DNA from: Kineosporiaceae bacterium | GTDB taxonomy: Bacteria; Actinomycetota; Actinomycetes; Actinomycetales; Kineosporiaceae | NCBI GenBank assembly: GCA_046330955.1 | Contig: JAXLRT010000023.1 | Coordinates: 17,925 to 81,924 of the forward strand | Direction: 5' to 3' | DNA: 64,000 nt | Translations under genes and position numbers: made by a program | The notes under the pieces: generated by a model | What the model was told of the DNA's origin: nothing | Databases searched by the model: none | Seen by the model: only the letters and a program-made list of their open reading frames with translations | In this document: piece after piece, positions 26,145-35,455 of the stretch | Layout: each line of letters starts with the position of its first letter | Numbering within the stretch: position 1 is the stretch's first letter

Positions 26145-26213
26145 GAGCGATACAGCGGGTGGCAGTTCGCAGATAGTGGCCGTCCAATTGGCAGGGGATG
26201 ACAAAATCGGGGT

Positions 26214-27473
26214 GTGAACCCGTCAGGTACCTCCCGCCCGTGGCAGCGGCTGCCGGCGAGCCTGGTCACGGCGCTTCGGCCTCGCCAGGGCGAGATCGTG
26301 GCCGCCGTCGCGGCGGACGTCACGGCGAGCTCGTCCGCCTTCTCGGCCCCGCAGGACGCCAAGCTGCACCGCGACGTGCACCTCGCCGTCCGAGTGGCCA
26401 TCGAGCGCTTCCTCGACCTGGTCGGCACCGAAGAACCGGCACTGCCGGAGGCGGTTCACGAGGTCTTCGTCGGGCTGGGGGCGGCCGAGGCCCGCGAGCA
26501 CCGCGGGCCCGAGGTGCTGACGGCAGCGCTACGGGTGGCAGCCCGATCGCTGGTGCGCCGGATGGCCACCGCCATGGCCGACGCGCAACCGGTGGACTCC
26601 GGCCTGCTGATCGACCTGACCGATGCCGCCACCGGGTTCGTCGACGCGCTGCTCGAGGCGGCAACCGAGGGATTCGGCCGCCAGGTGCGCGAACTCGCCG
26701 GAGAGCCCGAGCGCCGCCGGCGACACCTGGCCGATCTGGTGTTGCGTGGTGGCAGTCCCGACGGTGTCGTTCAGACCGCGGCGGCGGCCGTCGGCTGGCC
26801 CGGCCTGGCCGGCGTGGTGCCGGTGCTGGTGCCCCCCGACCAGGCGCGCGAGGTCCGGTTCCGGTTCGCCGCAGACGGTGTGGTGCTGGACCGTGCCACG
26901 GACGCCGTCCTGGTGCTGTGTGCCGGTCCGCGTACCCGGCGCGCTCAGCTGGCCGGTGCGCTGGCCGGCCGGGGCGGTGTCGTCGGCCCCGAGGTGGACT
27001 GGACACGCGCCCCCGAGGCGGTCCGGCTGGCGGAGCTCGCCCGAGAACTGACCGGGGAGCTGACCGGGGGGACCGGGGAGACCGGGGGGCCGGCCCGGGA
27101 CGGTGAGCAGGTGCAGCCCGTCTTCGCCGAGGATCACCTGGCGGCGCTCGCGCTGCGCGGCGAAGCAGGGGCGCTGGCCATTCTCACGGAACGCCGGCTG
27201 GCACCACTGGCCCGCATGCGACAAACCGAACAATCGCGACTTCTGGTCACCCTGCGCAGCTGGTTGCGACACTGGGGGTCACGGACCGCGGTCGCTCGTG
27301 AGCTGGTCGTCCATCCGCAGACGGTCAGCTACCGCGTCGGCCGGTTACGTGAGGTGTTCGGGGACGTTCTGGACGATCCCACCGCTCGATTCGAATTGCT
27401 GATGGTCCTGGAATCGGGGCACCTGAGGCAGGCGCTACAGCCGGTGGAGAGACCTGCCGACCCTGTCGAGTGA
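26214..27473 (+). CDS. PucR family transcriptional regulator
   Basis: The C-terminal PucR HTH is LRSWLRHWGSRTAVARELVVHPQTVSYRVGRLREVFGDVLDDPTARFEL. The start is uncertain. Confidence 0.85.
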   Translation: MNPSGTSRPWQRLPASLVTALRPRQGEIVAAVAADVTASSSAFSAPQDAKLHRDVHLAVRVAIERFLDLVGTEEPALPEAVHEVFVGLGAAEAREHRGPEVLTAALRVAARSLVRRMATAMADAQPVDSGLLIDLTDAATGFVDALLEAATEGFGRQVRELAGEPERRRRHLADLVLRGGSPDGVVQTAAAAVGWPGLAGVVPVLVPPDQAREVRFRFAADGVVLDRATDAVLVLCAGPRTRRAQLAGALAGRGGVVGPEVDWTRAPEAVRLAELARELTGELTGGTGETGGPARDGEQVQPVFAEDHLAALALRGEAGALAILTERRLAPLARMRQTEQSRLLVTLRSWLRHWGSRTAVARELVVHPQTVSYRVGRLREVFGDVLDDPTARFELLMVLESGHLRQALQPVERPADPVE

Positions 27474-27486
27474 GCGCAAACGAAGG

Positions 27487-28308
27487 GTGGGGCAGATGAC
27501 CGCGTCGACGGACGCCGAGGAGGCTGCCACCGACGAGTCGGACGACTCGGCGAAGCCGGCGTCGAAGTTCGGTGCGGTGCAGGCCTACCTGCCGAACCGG
27601 CGCGAGGCGATCTTCCTGGCCGGTGGCGCACTGGTGGGTGCTCTGGGCGGCGCCGGTGGGGTCAAGCTGACCACGAAGACCCATGTCGCCGTCGATCGCA
27701 ACGACGCCGCGGCGCCGAACACCAAGCAGGCCCGGGAGCTGCTCGAACAGGGCAACGCCCGGTTCGTGGCCGGCTCGCCGGAGCGCCCCGATCAGACCGC
27801 TGCCCGGCGCACCATCGTGGCCACCGGCCAGCATCCGTTCGCCGCGATCTTGTCGTGCGCCGACTCCCGCGTTCCTCCCGAAGTGCTGTTCGACCAGGGC
27901 CTGGGTGACCTGTTCGTCGTCCGCTCGGCCGGCCAGGTGGTCGACAAGGCGGTGCTGGGGTCGCTGCAGTACGGCGCCGAGCACCTGAAGACGCCCTTGA
28001 TCGTCGTCCTGGGCCACTCGGCCTGCGGTGCCGTGAAGGCGACCATCGAAGCAGTCGAGACCAAGGCCAAGCCGTCCGGCACGGCGATCGACGACCTGGT
28101 CACGGCGATCAAACCGGCCGTGCTCGAGGCCGAGGAGGTCGGCGCCGAGGGTGACGCCATGGTCGACGCCGCGGTCGGCATCAACGTCGAGAAGACCGTC
28201 GAGGCGCTCAAGGCCGACGCCGTGCTCGGCGAGTTCGTCGCCAAGCGTGAGCTCAAGGTGGTCGGCGCGGTCTACTCGCTGACCACCGGTGAGGTCGAGT
28301 GGCTCTGA
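27487..28308 (+). CDS. Beta-class carbonic anhydrase with an N-terminal Tat-like signal
   Basis: The zinc ligand motifs SCADSRV and GHSACGAV are present. The N-terminus NRREAIFLAGGALVGALGGAGG is Tat-like. An alternative start is ATG 27496. Confidence 0.9.
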   Translation: MGQMTASTDAEEAATDESDDSAKPASKFGAVQAYLPNRREAIFLAGGALVGALGGAGGVKLTTKTHVAVDRNDAAAPNTKQARELLEQGNARFVAGSPERPDQTAARRTIVATGQHPFAAILSCADSRVPPEVLFDQGLGDLFVVRSAGQVVDKAVLGSLQYGAEHLKTPLIVVLGHSACGAVKATIEAVETKAKPSGTAIDDLVTAIKPAVLEAEEVGAEGDAMVDAAVGINVEKTVEALKADAVLGEFVAKRELKVVGAVYSLTTGEVEWL

Positions 28309-28378
28309 GCCGCTCCCCCGCCGCAACCCACCCGAACGGCCGCTCCAGTCCCGGCGTCGATCTGCCGTAACAGCAGGC

Positions 28379-29596
28379 GTGGACGGCGAATGGGTCGAGG
28401 ATGCCCCGCGCCGTCCGCACTCGCCCCGGCGGCCACTGCGCCTGGCGGCCATCACTGCCCTGGCCATGATCCTGACCGGGACGCCGGCCGGCCTCGCCCG
28501 AGCGGACACCACCGATCCGTCGACGCTGCGTCGCTCGTTGACCGAGCAGACCCGGCAGGTCTCCGCGGCCGAGGCCGAACTGATCGCCCAGTCCCGTGCG
28601 GCGGCGGTGGCGCTGGAGGCCTTCAGCCTCGCCGTCCAGCGCCAGCAGTTGGCCCAGGCCGAGCAGGAACGCCGGCGCCAGGCGGTGGCCGCTGCCGAGG
28701 CCCAGCTCGCCGAGCGCCGGGCCGATCTGGGGCGCTGGGCGCGGCAGACCTACCACGGGGGTAACGCCCTCGGCGCCAACCCCACCCTGGCGGCGCTGCT
28801 CGGCGAGGACACCGACGACCTGGCCCACCAGCAGCGTTTCGTCACCCTGCTCGGCCAGGAGAACAACCGTGCGGTGGCCGCGGTGACCGCGGCGATCGCG
28901 GATCGACGGCAGGCGGCCCAGGCCGCGGACGACGCAGCGGCCGCCGGCCAGCGCGCCGTCCTGGCCGCCCAGGACGCCAAGCAGGCCCGGGACGCCGCGG
29001 TGCGCCGGCAGCGCGCCGCTCTCGATCAACTGCGAGCCCAGCTGCAGGACACCCGCGACGCCGTGGCCGAGGCCGAGCGGCAGGCACGGCTGCTGGCCCA
29101 GGCCCGCGCGCTCGCCGCGGCGTCCGCGGGGTCCGGCCCGCAGCACGGGGACAACCGGATCACGGGCGCAGTCGGCACCTGCGCCGGCGGGGACATGCAG
29201 CTCTACGCCAACGGTGAGATCCCGCTGGAGGCGCTCTGCCCGCTGTGGAGCGCGCCGGGCCACTACCTGCGGGCGGACGCGGCCTACGCCTTCGATCAGC
29301 TCGCCGCCGAATACGGGCGGTCGTTCGGCAAGCCGCTGTGCGTCACCGACTCGTATCGCTCCTACGCCGAGCAGGTGCGGGTCAAGGCGGAGAAGCCCTC
29401 GTTGGCGGCCACCCCGGGTACCAGCAACCACGGCTGGGGTACGGCGGTGGACCTGTGTGGGGGCATCCAGGACTTCGACAGTGCACAGCATCGCTGGATG
29501 ATCCTCAACGCGCCCGCTTTCGGGTGGTTCCACCCGGGGTGGGCGGAGCGCACCGGCACGATGCCCGAGCCGTGGCACTGGGAGTTTGCCGGGTGA
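28379..29596 (+). CDS. Secreted M15B (VanY-type D,D-carboxypeptidase) peptidase with an N-terminal coiled-coil region
   Basis: The C-terminal part carries TDSYRSYAEQ, SNHGWGTAVD (SxHxxGxAxD) and EPWHWEF. The signal peptide is RRPLRLAAITALAMILTGTPAGLARA. The start is GTG 28379. Confidence 0.85.
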   Translation: MDGEWVEDAPRRPHSPRRPLRLAAITALAMILTGTPAGLARADTTDPSTLRRSLTEQTRQVSAAEAELIAQSRAAAVALEAFSLAVQRQQLAQAEQERRRQAVAAAEAQLAERRADLGRWARQTYHGGNALGANPTLAALLGEDTDDLAHQQRFVTLLGQENNRAVAAVTAAIADRRQAAQAADDAAAAGQRAVLAAQDAKQARDAAVRRQRAALDQLRAQLQDTRDAVAEAERQARLLAQARALAAASAGSGPQHGDNRITGAVGTCAGGDMQLYANGEIPLEALCPLWSAPGHYLRADAAYAFDQLAAEYGRSFGKPLCVTDSYRSYAEQVRVKAEKPSLAATPGTSNHGWGTAVDLCGGIQDFDSAQHRWMILNAPAFGWFHPGWAERTGTMPEPWHWEFAG

Positions 29597-29658
29597 GTCC
29601 CTGACGGCCCCACCGTCGGCCATGATGTCCGGACGAACTTGGCCCGAAGGGGAGACCA

Positions 29659-31044
29659 ATGGTCACCGGCTCCGAACAGGCACCGGACGCTGCGACGCGG
29701 CAGCGGCGGCATCGCGCCTGGTACTTCTACGACTGGGCCAACTCCGCCTACGTGACCACCACGGCGACCGTGCTGTTCGGGCCGTACCTGACCAGCATCG
29801 CCAAGCGGGCCGCCTGCCCCGGGCAGGACACCGACCTGGTCTGTGAGACCAACCTGTCCGTGCTGGGCCTGCCGGTCAATCCGGGTTCGCTGGCCCTGTA
29901 CACGATCACCGCGGCGACGTTGCTGTCGGCCTTCGTGTTGCCGGTGGTGGGCGCCCTGGTCGACCGCACCGGACGCAAGGTGGCCCTGATGTCGGGCTTC
30001 GCCTGGGTCGGTGCGCTGGCTGCGGCCTGTCTGGGGTTCGTCGCGGGCACCAACTGGGGGCTCGGCGTCGTCCTGCAGATGATCGCGGCGTTGTGCCTGG
30101 GCTCGTCCCTGGTGGCCTATGACGCGATCCTGATCGACATCGCCACCCCGGACGAGCGCGACCGGGTGTCCAGCCGGGGATGGGCGCTCGGGTATGCCGG
30201 GGGCGGGTTGCTGCTCGCGATCAACCTCGGCGTGGTGACCGCGCACGATGCCCTGGGGATGTCGACCGGCACCGCCGTGCGGCTCAGCCTGTTCAGTGCG
30301 GGTCTGTGGTGGGCGCTGTTCACCCTGGTGCCCTACGTCGGGCTGCGGAGCCTGCCGATCACGGCAACCGGGTCCTCCGCCGCGACGGGTCAGACCTTGG
30401 CCCGGCAGTCGTTCGGTCAGCTGCGGGAGACCTTCACCCACCTGCGGGGCTACCCGCAGACGCTGCTGTTCCTGCTCGCCTACCTGCTCTACAACGACGG
30501 CATTCAGACGGTGATCTCGGCGTCCAGCATCTTCGGCCAGGAGCAGCTGCACCTGAGCTCCGACCAGTTGATCATCGTGATCCTGGTGGTGCAGTTCGTC
30601 GCCATGGGCGGTGCGCTGTTGTTCGGGCAGCTGGCGGCCCGGTTCGGGGCCTGGCGCTCGATCCTGGCCAGCCTGGGCCTGTGGTGCATCGTGGTGGCCG
30701 CCGGATACCTGGTGCCGGATCGGGCGTTCCTGGCCTTCCTGGCCCTCGGGGTGTTCATCGGCATCGTGCTCGGCGGCAGCCAGGCGCTGTCCCGCTCGCT
30801 GTTCAGCCAGCTGATCCCCCGCGGGCGGGAGGCGGAGTACTTCAGCCTGTACCAGGCTGCCGAGCGCGGTACGAGCTGGTTCGGTACCCTGTTGTTCGGC
30901 CTGGTGTTCCAGATCACACACTCCTACCGCTACGCAATCCTCGCCCTCGTTCTCTTCTTCATCGTGGGCGGCGTGCTGCTCTCACGGGTGGACATCCGCC
31001 GAGGCATCACCGATGCCGGCAACACGGCGCCCTCGGTGGTCTGA
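29659..31044 (+). CDS. MFS transporter, UMF1 (Atg22-like) family
   Basis: WYFYDWANSAYVTTTATVLFGPYLTSIA is present and the protein is polytopic. Confidence 0.85.
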   Translation: MVTGSEQAPDAATRQRRHRAWYFYDWANSAYVTTTATVLFGPYLTSIAKRAACPGQDTDLVCETNLSVLGLPVNPGSLALYTITAATLLSAFVLPVVGALVDRTGRKVALMSGFAWVGALAAACLGFVAGTNWGLGVVLQMIAALCLGSSLVAYDAILIDIATPDERDRVSSRGWALGYAGGGLLLAINLGVVTAHDALGMSTGTAVRLSLFSAGLWWALFTLVPYVGLRSLPITATGSSAATGQTLARQSFGQLRETFTHLRGYPQTLLFLLAYLLYNDGIQTVISASSIFGQEQLHLSSDQLIIVILVVQFVAMGGALLFGQLAARFGAWRSILASLGLWCIVVAAGYLVPDRAFLAFLALGVFIGIVLGGSQALSRSLFSQLIPRGREAEYFSLYQAAERGTSWFGTLLFGLVFQITHSYRYAILALVLFFIVGGVLLSRVDIRRGITDAGNTAPSVV

Positions 31045-31153
31045 GGCCGATCTCGAGCGGGATCTCGAGAAGGTCCGGCGAAGCCGGAACACCCGACGCG
31101 CACGCGGCGTTCCATCAGGTGACCACCGTCGAGGCGCGCGAAGGATGGCTGCA

Positions 31154-31507
31154 ATGAGCGACCGGAGTATGCGAGGGACCCGCCTGGGTGCCCAGAGTCT
31201 GGAGAGCGAGGCCGGGGTCCAGCCCGCGGCCCGTCAGGAGATCACCTATCACTGCCCCAACGGGCACACGGTGATCGTGCCGATGTCCGTCGAGGCCGAC
31301 ATCCCCGCGCTGTGGGAGTGCCGTTGCGGCACCCTCGCCCTGCGCGAGAACGCCGAGACGCCCGACGCCAAGCCCGGCAAGCCGCCGCGCACCCACTGGG
31401 ACATGTTGATGGAGCGGCGCACCACGGCAGAACTCGAGGTCCTGTTGGAAGAGCGGCTGGCACTGCTGCGCAGTGGCGCCCTCACCTCTCGGCGCCGCTC
31501 GGCCTGA
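31154..31507 (+). CDS. rbpA: RNA polymerase-binding protein RbpA
   Basis: MSDRSMRGTRLGAQSLESE...ITYHCPNGHTVIVPMSVEADIPALWECRCG...PRTHWDMLMERRT. The start is ATG 31154, 8 nt after AAGGA. Confidence 0.92.
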   Translation: MSDRSMRGTRLGAQSLESEAGVQPAARQEITYHCPNGHTVIVPMSVEADIPALWECRCGTLALRENAETPDAKPGKPPRTHWDMLMERRTTAELEVLLEERLALLRSGALTSRRRSA

Positions 31508-31517
31508 GCCGCTTCAC

Positions 31518-32054
31518 TCACGCCTCGTCCGAGGGCCCGTCGTCGCGTTGTGTGATGGCGGGCCTTCTGCTGTCCGGACGGTTGTCCGGACCGTCCCACG
31601 TGGTCTGTGGCAGGGGGTCGACCGAGACCACCGTCACCTGGGTCTGCGGGGCAGCCGCCGCGAGGCGGCTGCGCAGCACCCGGGAGGCCCCGGCCCGGGC
31701 CAGCCGGCCGACGCCCGGGATCAGGAGCAGCAGACCTGCCGCCGTCCCGAGGAACCCGGGCACGGCGAGCAGCAGCCCGGCCGTCGCCATCACCAGCCGT
31801 TCCCCGGGCGAGCGAACGGTGGCCGGCCGGCCGTCAGCGGTGATCGTGGTCACCCCACCGGTGCGGCTCGCCGCGGCCAGCTCGGCCAGCGCGCCACGCC
31901 CGGCCCGGCGCATCACCACCACCCCGAGCGCGGTGGAGGCCAGCAGGATCAGGACGGTCCGGCCGCCGCCGATCCATTGGCCCACCCGGATCAGCAGCGC
32001 CAGTTCGAGCACCGGCCAGATCAGGGCGATGGCAGCGATCGTCCGCGGGCGCAT
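31518..32054 (-). CDS. fxsA: FxsA family membrane protein
   Basis: [49 protein letters not shown]. The start overlaps the ppm1 stop (TGATG). Confidence 0.85.
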   Translation of the reverse strand: MRPRTIAAIALIWPVLELALLIRVGQWIGGGRTVLILLASTALGVVVMRRAGRGALAELAAASRTGGVTTITADGRPATVRSPGERLVMATAGLLLAVPGFLGTAAGLLLLIPGVGRLARAGASRVLRSRLAAAAPQTQVTVVSVDPLPQTTWDGPDNRPDSRRPAITQRDDGPSDEA

Positions 32055-32836
32055 CAGGTCGTCCGGGAGCCGCTCGGCTCGGTACGTCCACCCCGGTTGT
32101 GGCCGGTCAATCGGTCGAACCGGCGCCGCGCCCCCCACTGGGTGACTCGCCACAGCGCCTCGAGCACGATGGCCTGGCTCATCTTGCTGGTGCCGTGCTC
32201 GCGCTCGACGAAGGTGATCGGCACCTCCTCGATGCGCAGCCCCGCCTGGACGGCGCGCCAGGTGAGGTCGACCTGGAAGCAGTAACCCTGGGACTCGACG
32301 TCCTCGAGGTGCATCTGCTGCAGGGCCTCGGCCCGGAAGGCGCGGAACCCGGCGGTGGCGTCGCGCACCGGGATGCCCAGCGCCAGGCGGGTGTAGAGGT
32401 TGCCGCCCTGCGAGAGCACCAGCCGCCGCCGGGGCCAGTTGACCACCGAGCCGCCCGCCACCCAGCGTGAGCCGATCACCAGGTCGGCCCCGGCCTCGAT
32501 CCGCTCCAGCATCGCGGGCAGGCGCTCCGGCGGGTGGGAGCCGTCGGCGTCCATCTCGATCAGCACGTCGTAACCGTGCTCGATCCCCCAGCGGAACCCG
32601 TCCAGGTAGGCGGCGCCCAGGCCCTGCTTGCCGGGGCGGTGCATCACGTGCAGGTGATCGTCGGCGGCCGCCATGCCGTCGGCGAGCACCCCGGTGCCGT
32701 CCGGGCTGTTGTCGTCGGCCACCAGGATGTGCACCTGGGGCGCCGCCTCGCGCACCCGCCGCACGATCTTCGGCAGGTTCTGGCGCTCGTCGTAGGTCGG
32801 GATGATCACCAACGGACGGCGCGTGGCCTCGCTCAT
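32054..32836 (-). CDS. ppm1: Polyprenol-phosphate mannosyltransferase (Ppm1 / dolichol-P-mannose synthase-like GT2)
   Basis: [23 protein letters not shown] and EMDADGSH are present. Confidence 0.9.
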   Translation of the reverse strand: MSEATRRPLVIIPTYDERQNLPKIVRRVREAAPQVHILVADDNSPDGTGVLADGMAAADDHLHVMHRPGKQGLGAAYLDGFRWGIEHGYDVLIEMDADGSHPPERLPAMLERIEAGADLVIGSRWVAGGSVVNWPRRRLVLSQGGNLYTRLALGIPVRDATAGFRAFRAEALQQMHLEDVESQGYCFQVDLTWRAVQAGLRIEEVPITFVEREHGTSKMSQAIVLEALWRVTQWGARRRFDRLTGHNRGGRTEPSGSRTT

Positions 32837-34620
32837 GCGGGCTCCTCGGAATCGGTGACGGGTGCCGGGCGCCGGCGGGGGCGCCGTCCGGCCGTCGCGA
32901 GCAGCAGGCCCGTGGCCGCGAGCATGCCCTCCGGCCAGGCCCCCACGGTGGTGGCGATGGTCTGGGTGTGGCGGACGGGCAGCGCAGCGTGCAGCACGTC
33001 GGTGGTGAAGTGCCCGGATCGCTGGATCAGGCTGCCATCGGGGGCGATCAGGGCGCTGACCCCGACCGTCGAGATGTGCACCACGGCCCGGCCGGACTCC
33101 ACGGCCCGCAACCGCGACATCGCCAGCTGCTGCACGCTCTCGTCGGTGAAGCCGAACGTGGCGTTGTTGGTCTGCACCAGCAGCACCTCGGCCCCACGTC
33201 GGACCCCGTCACGCACCAGGTCGTCGTAGGCCACCTCGAAGCAGATGACGTCGCCGAGCCGCACTCCCCCGGCGGTCAGCACCGGCTGGCGGGTGCCGGC
33301 GACGAAATCGTGCCGGACCAGGTCGACCTTGTCGCTGAAGTGACGGAAGAACGAGCGATACGGGATGTACTCGCCGAACGGCGCCGGGTGGCGCTTGACG
33401 TAGTACTCGCCCTTCCCGGGCGGCACCGAACCTGGCGCGCCGAGCGCGGGGGTGCCGGGCGCCGTCCTGCTCGGCCCCCACACGATCGAGACGTTCGAGA
33501 GGTGACCGGCGGGCTCCTCCAGCAGGGTGCCGACCAGCACCGGGACGCCGATCCGGTCGACCGCGGTCTGGATCACCATCGCGGCGTCCGGGTTGCGGGT
33601 GGGGTCGATGTCGCTGGCGTTCTCGGGCCACAGCACGACGTCCGGACGGCGCGCCGTGCCGGCATCGACCTGGTCGGCGAGCGCCGTCGTGGCCCGGGCG
33701 TGGTTGTCGAGCACGGCGCGGCGCTCGGCGTTGAAGTCGAGGCCGGGGGCCGGAACGTTGCCCTGCACCGCGGCCACCTGCACCTCGCGGACGCCGTCCG
33801 TGGGCCGCGGGATCACTGCCGGGGCGAAGGTGACCACCAGGGCCGCGAGCAGGACGGCGCCCGTCGCCGCCGGCGCCGGCTCACCCCCGGTTGCCTGGCC
33901 GCCTCGACGGGCCTGCCCGGCGCCACCGAGCAGGTGCGCGATCGGGAGCAGGTCGGGCGCAGCGGTCAGCGCCACGGCCAGCAGGCCGCCGAACAGGCCC
34001 ACCAGGGCGGTCACCGCCGGGGCGCCGCCGAGCGAGGCCACCCCGAGCAACGGGCCATCGGTCTGGGAGAAGGCCAGGCGGGCCCATGGGAAGCCGCCGA
34101 ACGGCGTCCGGGAACGCAGCGCCTCCTGCAGCACCCAGAGGCCACTGATGCCGAGCGCCGTGAGCGCTGCCCCACGCAGGTGCGAGCGCACCCCCGCCGA
34201 GCGGCTGGGCCGGGCCAGCAGTCGCCACACCGGCGGGGTCAGGGCGGCCATGACGGCCACGTAGAGCGATTCCAGCGTGGCCAGGGCGAACCACGGCAGC
34301 TTGCCGACATATACCCCGGACCAGGCGAGCAGCGGGACGAACATCGCCCACCCGGCGAGCAGCCCGAGCCAGGCGGCCCGGCGTGGCCGCTGGCCCCGGA
34401 CGGCCAGCGAGATCAGGGCGACACCGACCGGGGCAAGCCACCAGAGGGTGCGCCCGGGGAATGCCGACCACACCGCGGTGCCGCCCGCCAGCGCGAGGAC
34501 GGCCGCCGGATAGGGGTGCAGCCGGCCCGTCGAGGCGTCCCGGGGATCGCCGGAGTCGGTGGAGCGCGCCGGCTCGCCGTCTGCCGTCGCGGCGGCCAGG
34601 TCCGCCGGGGATGCGCTCAC
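32833..34620 (-). CDS. lnt: Apolipoprotein N-acyltransferase
   Basis: A multi-TM N-terminal half is followed by a CN-hydrolase domain (VVLWPENA...ICFEVAYDD). It overlaps ppm1, as in other actinobacteria. Confidence 0.9.
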   Translation of the reverse strand: MSASPADLAAATADGEPARSTDSGDPRDASTGRLHPYPAAVLALAGGTAVWSAFPGRTLWWLAPVGVALISLAVRGQRPRRAAWLGLLAGWAMFVPLLAWSGVYVGKLPWFALATLESLYVAVMAALTPPVWRLLARPSRSAGVRSHLRGAALTALGISGLWVLQEALRSRTPFGGFPWARLAFSQTDGPLLGVASLGGAPAVTALVGLFGGLLAVALTAAPDLLPIAHLLGGAGQARRGGQATGGEPAPAATGAVLLAALVVTFAPAVIPRPTDGVREVQVAAVQGNVPAPGLDFNAERRAVLDNHARATTALADQVDAGTARRPDVVLWPENASDIDPTRNPDAAMVIQTAVDRIGVPVLVGTLLEEPAGHLSNVSIVWGPSRTAPGTPALGAPGSVPPGKGEYYVKRHPAPFGEYIPYRSFFRHFSDKVDLVRHDFVAGTRQPVLTAGGVRLGDVICFEVAYDDLVRDGVRRGAEVLLVQTNNATFGFTDESVQQLAMSRLRAVESGRAVVHISTVGVSALIAPDGSLIQRSGHFTTDVLHAALPVRHTQTIATTVGAWPEGMLAATGLLLATAGRRPRRRPAPVTDSEEPA

Positions 34621-34918
34621 CGGGGAAGCCTAGTCCGAACTGGCGGTGCGAGGAGAGATCGACCGGGCCCGCGGTGTCCTTCGGTCCGAGATCGACCTCG
34701 TCGGGTGCGAGGGCGACCCCGTTGTCTACGGGACGCGCGGGCCCGGTCCGTGCCCACCAGGCCGCCGGCCGGCGGAGCGGCTGGTGGGGCCTGGCCTCGG
34801 AGTCGTGGCTACCCGCCCCCTGGCCCACCATGCACGGCGCTCCTGCCGTGGCGGCCATCCTCGAGCGGTGGACGGCCATCGACGAACCTAGCCGTTCCCA
34901 CCGACCTGTCAACGCGAC

Positions 34919-34954
34919 GCTGACCTGCAGGAATGCGAAACAGTGCAGGTCAGC
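34919..34954. terminator. Hairpin GCTGACCTGCA-N14-TGCAGGTCAGC downstream of the kamDE-kal operon
   Basis: Read directly from the sequence. The 11-bp perfect stem lies 105 nt after the kal stop. There is no clear U-tract. Confidence 0.4.
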
Positions 34955-35059
34955 AGGGTTGTTCCGGCGGTCATCCGGACACCGGATTTCGGCGGATGGA
35001 CGGCGTGTCGGGCCGACCGGCTGACGGCGTGCGGGCCGAACGCCCGACGCCCTGACCGG

Positions 35060-35455
35060 TCAGGGAACGACCACGGTGCCGCGCGCGGTGGTGGCCACCA
35101 GCGGCGGATCGAGCACCGCGGCGGCACCCGCGCTCGCGCCGTCCTGATCGGCCGTGCCCCGGCAGAGCACGGTGGCGCTGAACTCGATCTCCCGGCTGCG
35201 CCGTCCCACCCGCACGATGCGGGCGGTCACCTCGAGGACGTCGCCGGCGCGCACCGGGGCGTGGAAGGTCACCTCGGAATAGGAGGCGAACAGCCCCTCG
35301 TCGCCGTCGGATCGGATGCACACCTCGGTGGCGACGTCACCGAAGCAGGCCAGGCTGTACGCGCCGTCCACCAGGTTGCCGGCGTAGTGGGCGTGGCTGT
35401 ACGGCACGTACCGGCGGTGGCTGACGGTCAGGCCGAGGCGGGGGTCGGTGGTCAT
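35060..35455 (-). CDS. kal: 3-aminobutyryl-CoA ammonia-lyase-like hotdog-fold protein (Kal)
   Basis: HAHYAGNLVDGAYSLACFGDVATEVCIRSDGDEGLFASYSEVTFHAPVRAGDVLEV matches my recollection of Kal. The start ATG 35455 overlaps the kamE stop (ATGA). Confidence 0.75.
   Translation of the reverse strand: MTTDPRLGLTVSHRRYVPYSHAHYAGNLVDGAYSLACFGDVATEVCIRSDGDEGLFASYSEVTFHAPVRAGDVLEVTARIVRVGRRSREIEFSATVLCRGTADQDGASAGAAAVLDPPLVATTARGTVVVP

Noticed and set aside
26145-26213. TTG 26204 as the start of the aldolase-aminotransferase gene, and the CCAATTGG / TGGCAG x2 motifs as PucR operators.
   Set aside because: ATG 26144 gives a normal aldolase N-terminus, and the TTG extension adds 20 non-conserved residues. 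The motifs are too short to support a regulatory call.
28309-28460. Possible c-di-AMP (ydaO-type) riboswitch upstream of the M15 cell-wall peptidase, suggested by CCCACCCGAAC.
   Set aside because: The spacer is only about 70 nt. The other conserved ydaO segments (for example the ACCCGAACCCGUCAGCUAACC-type core) are not present.
35050-35065. 16-bp palindrome CCCTGACCGGTCAGGG overlapping the kal stop codon.
   Set aside because: It would form a stem with almost no loop and lies partly in coding sequence. It is probably incidental.
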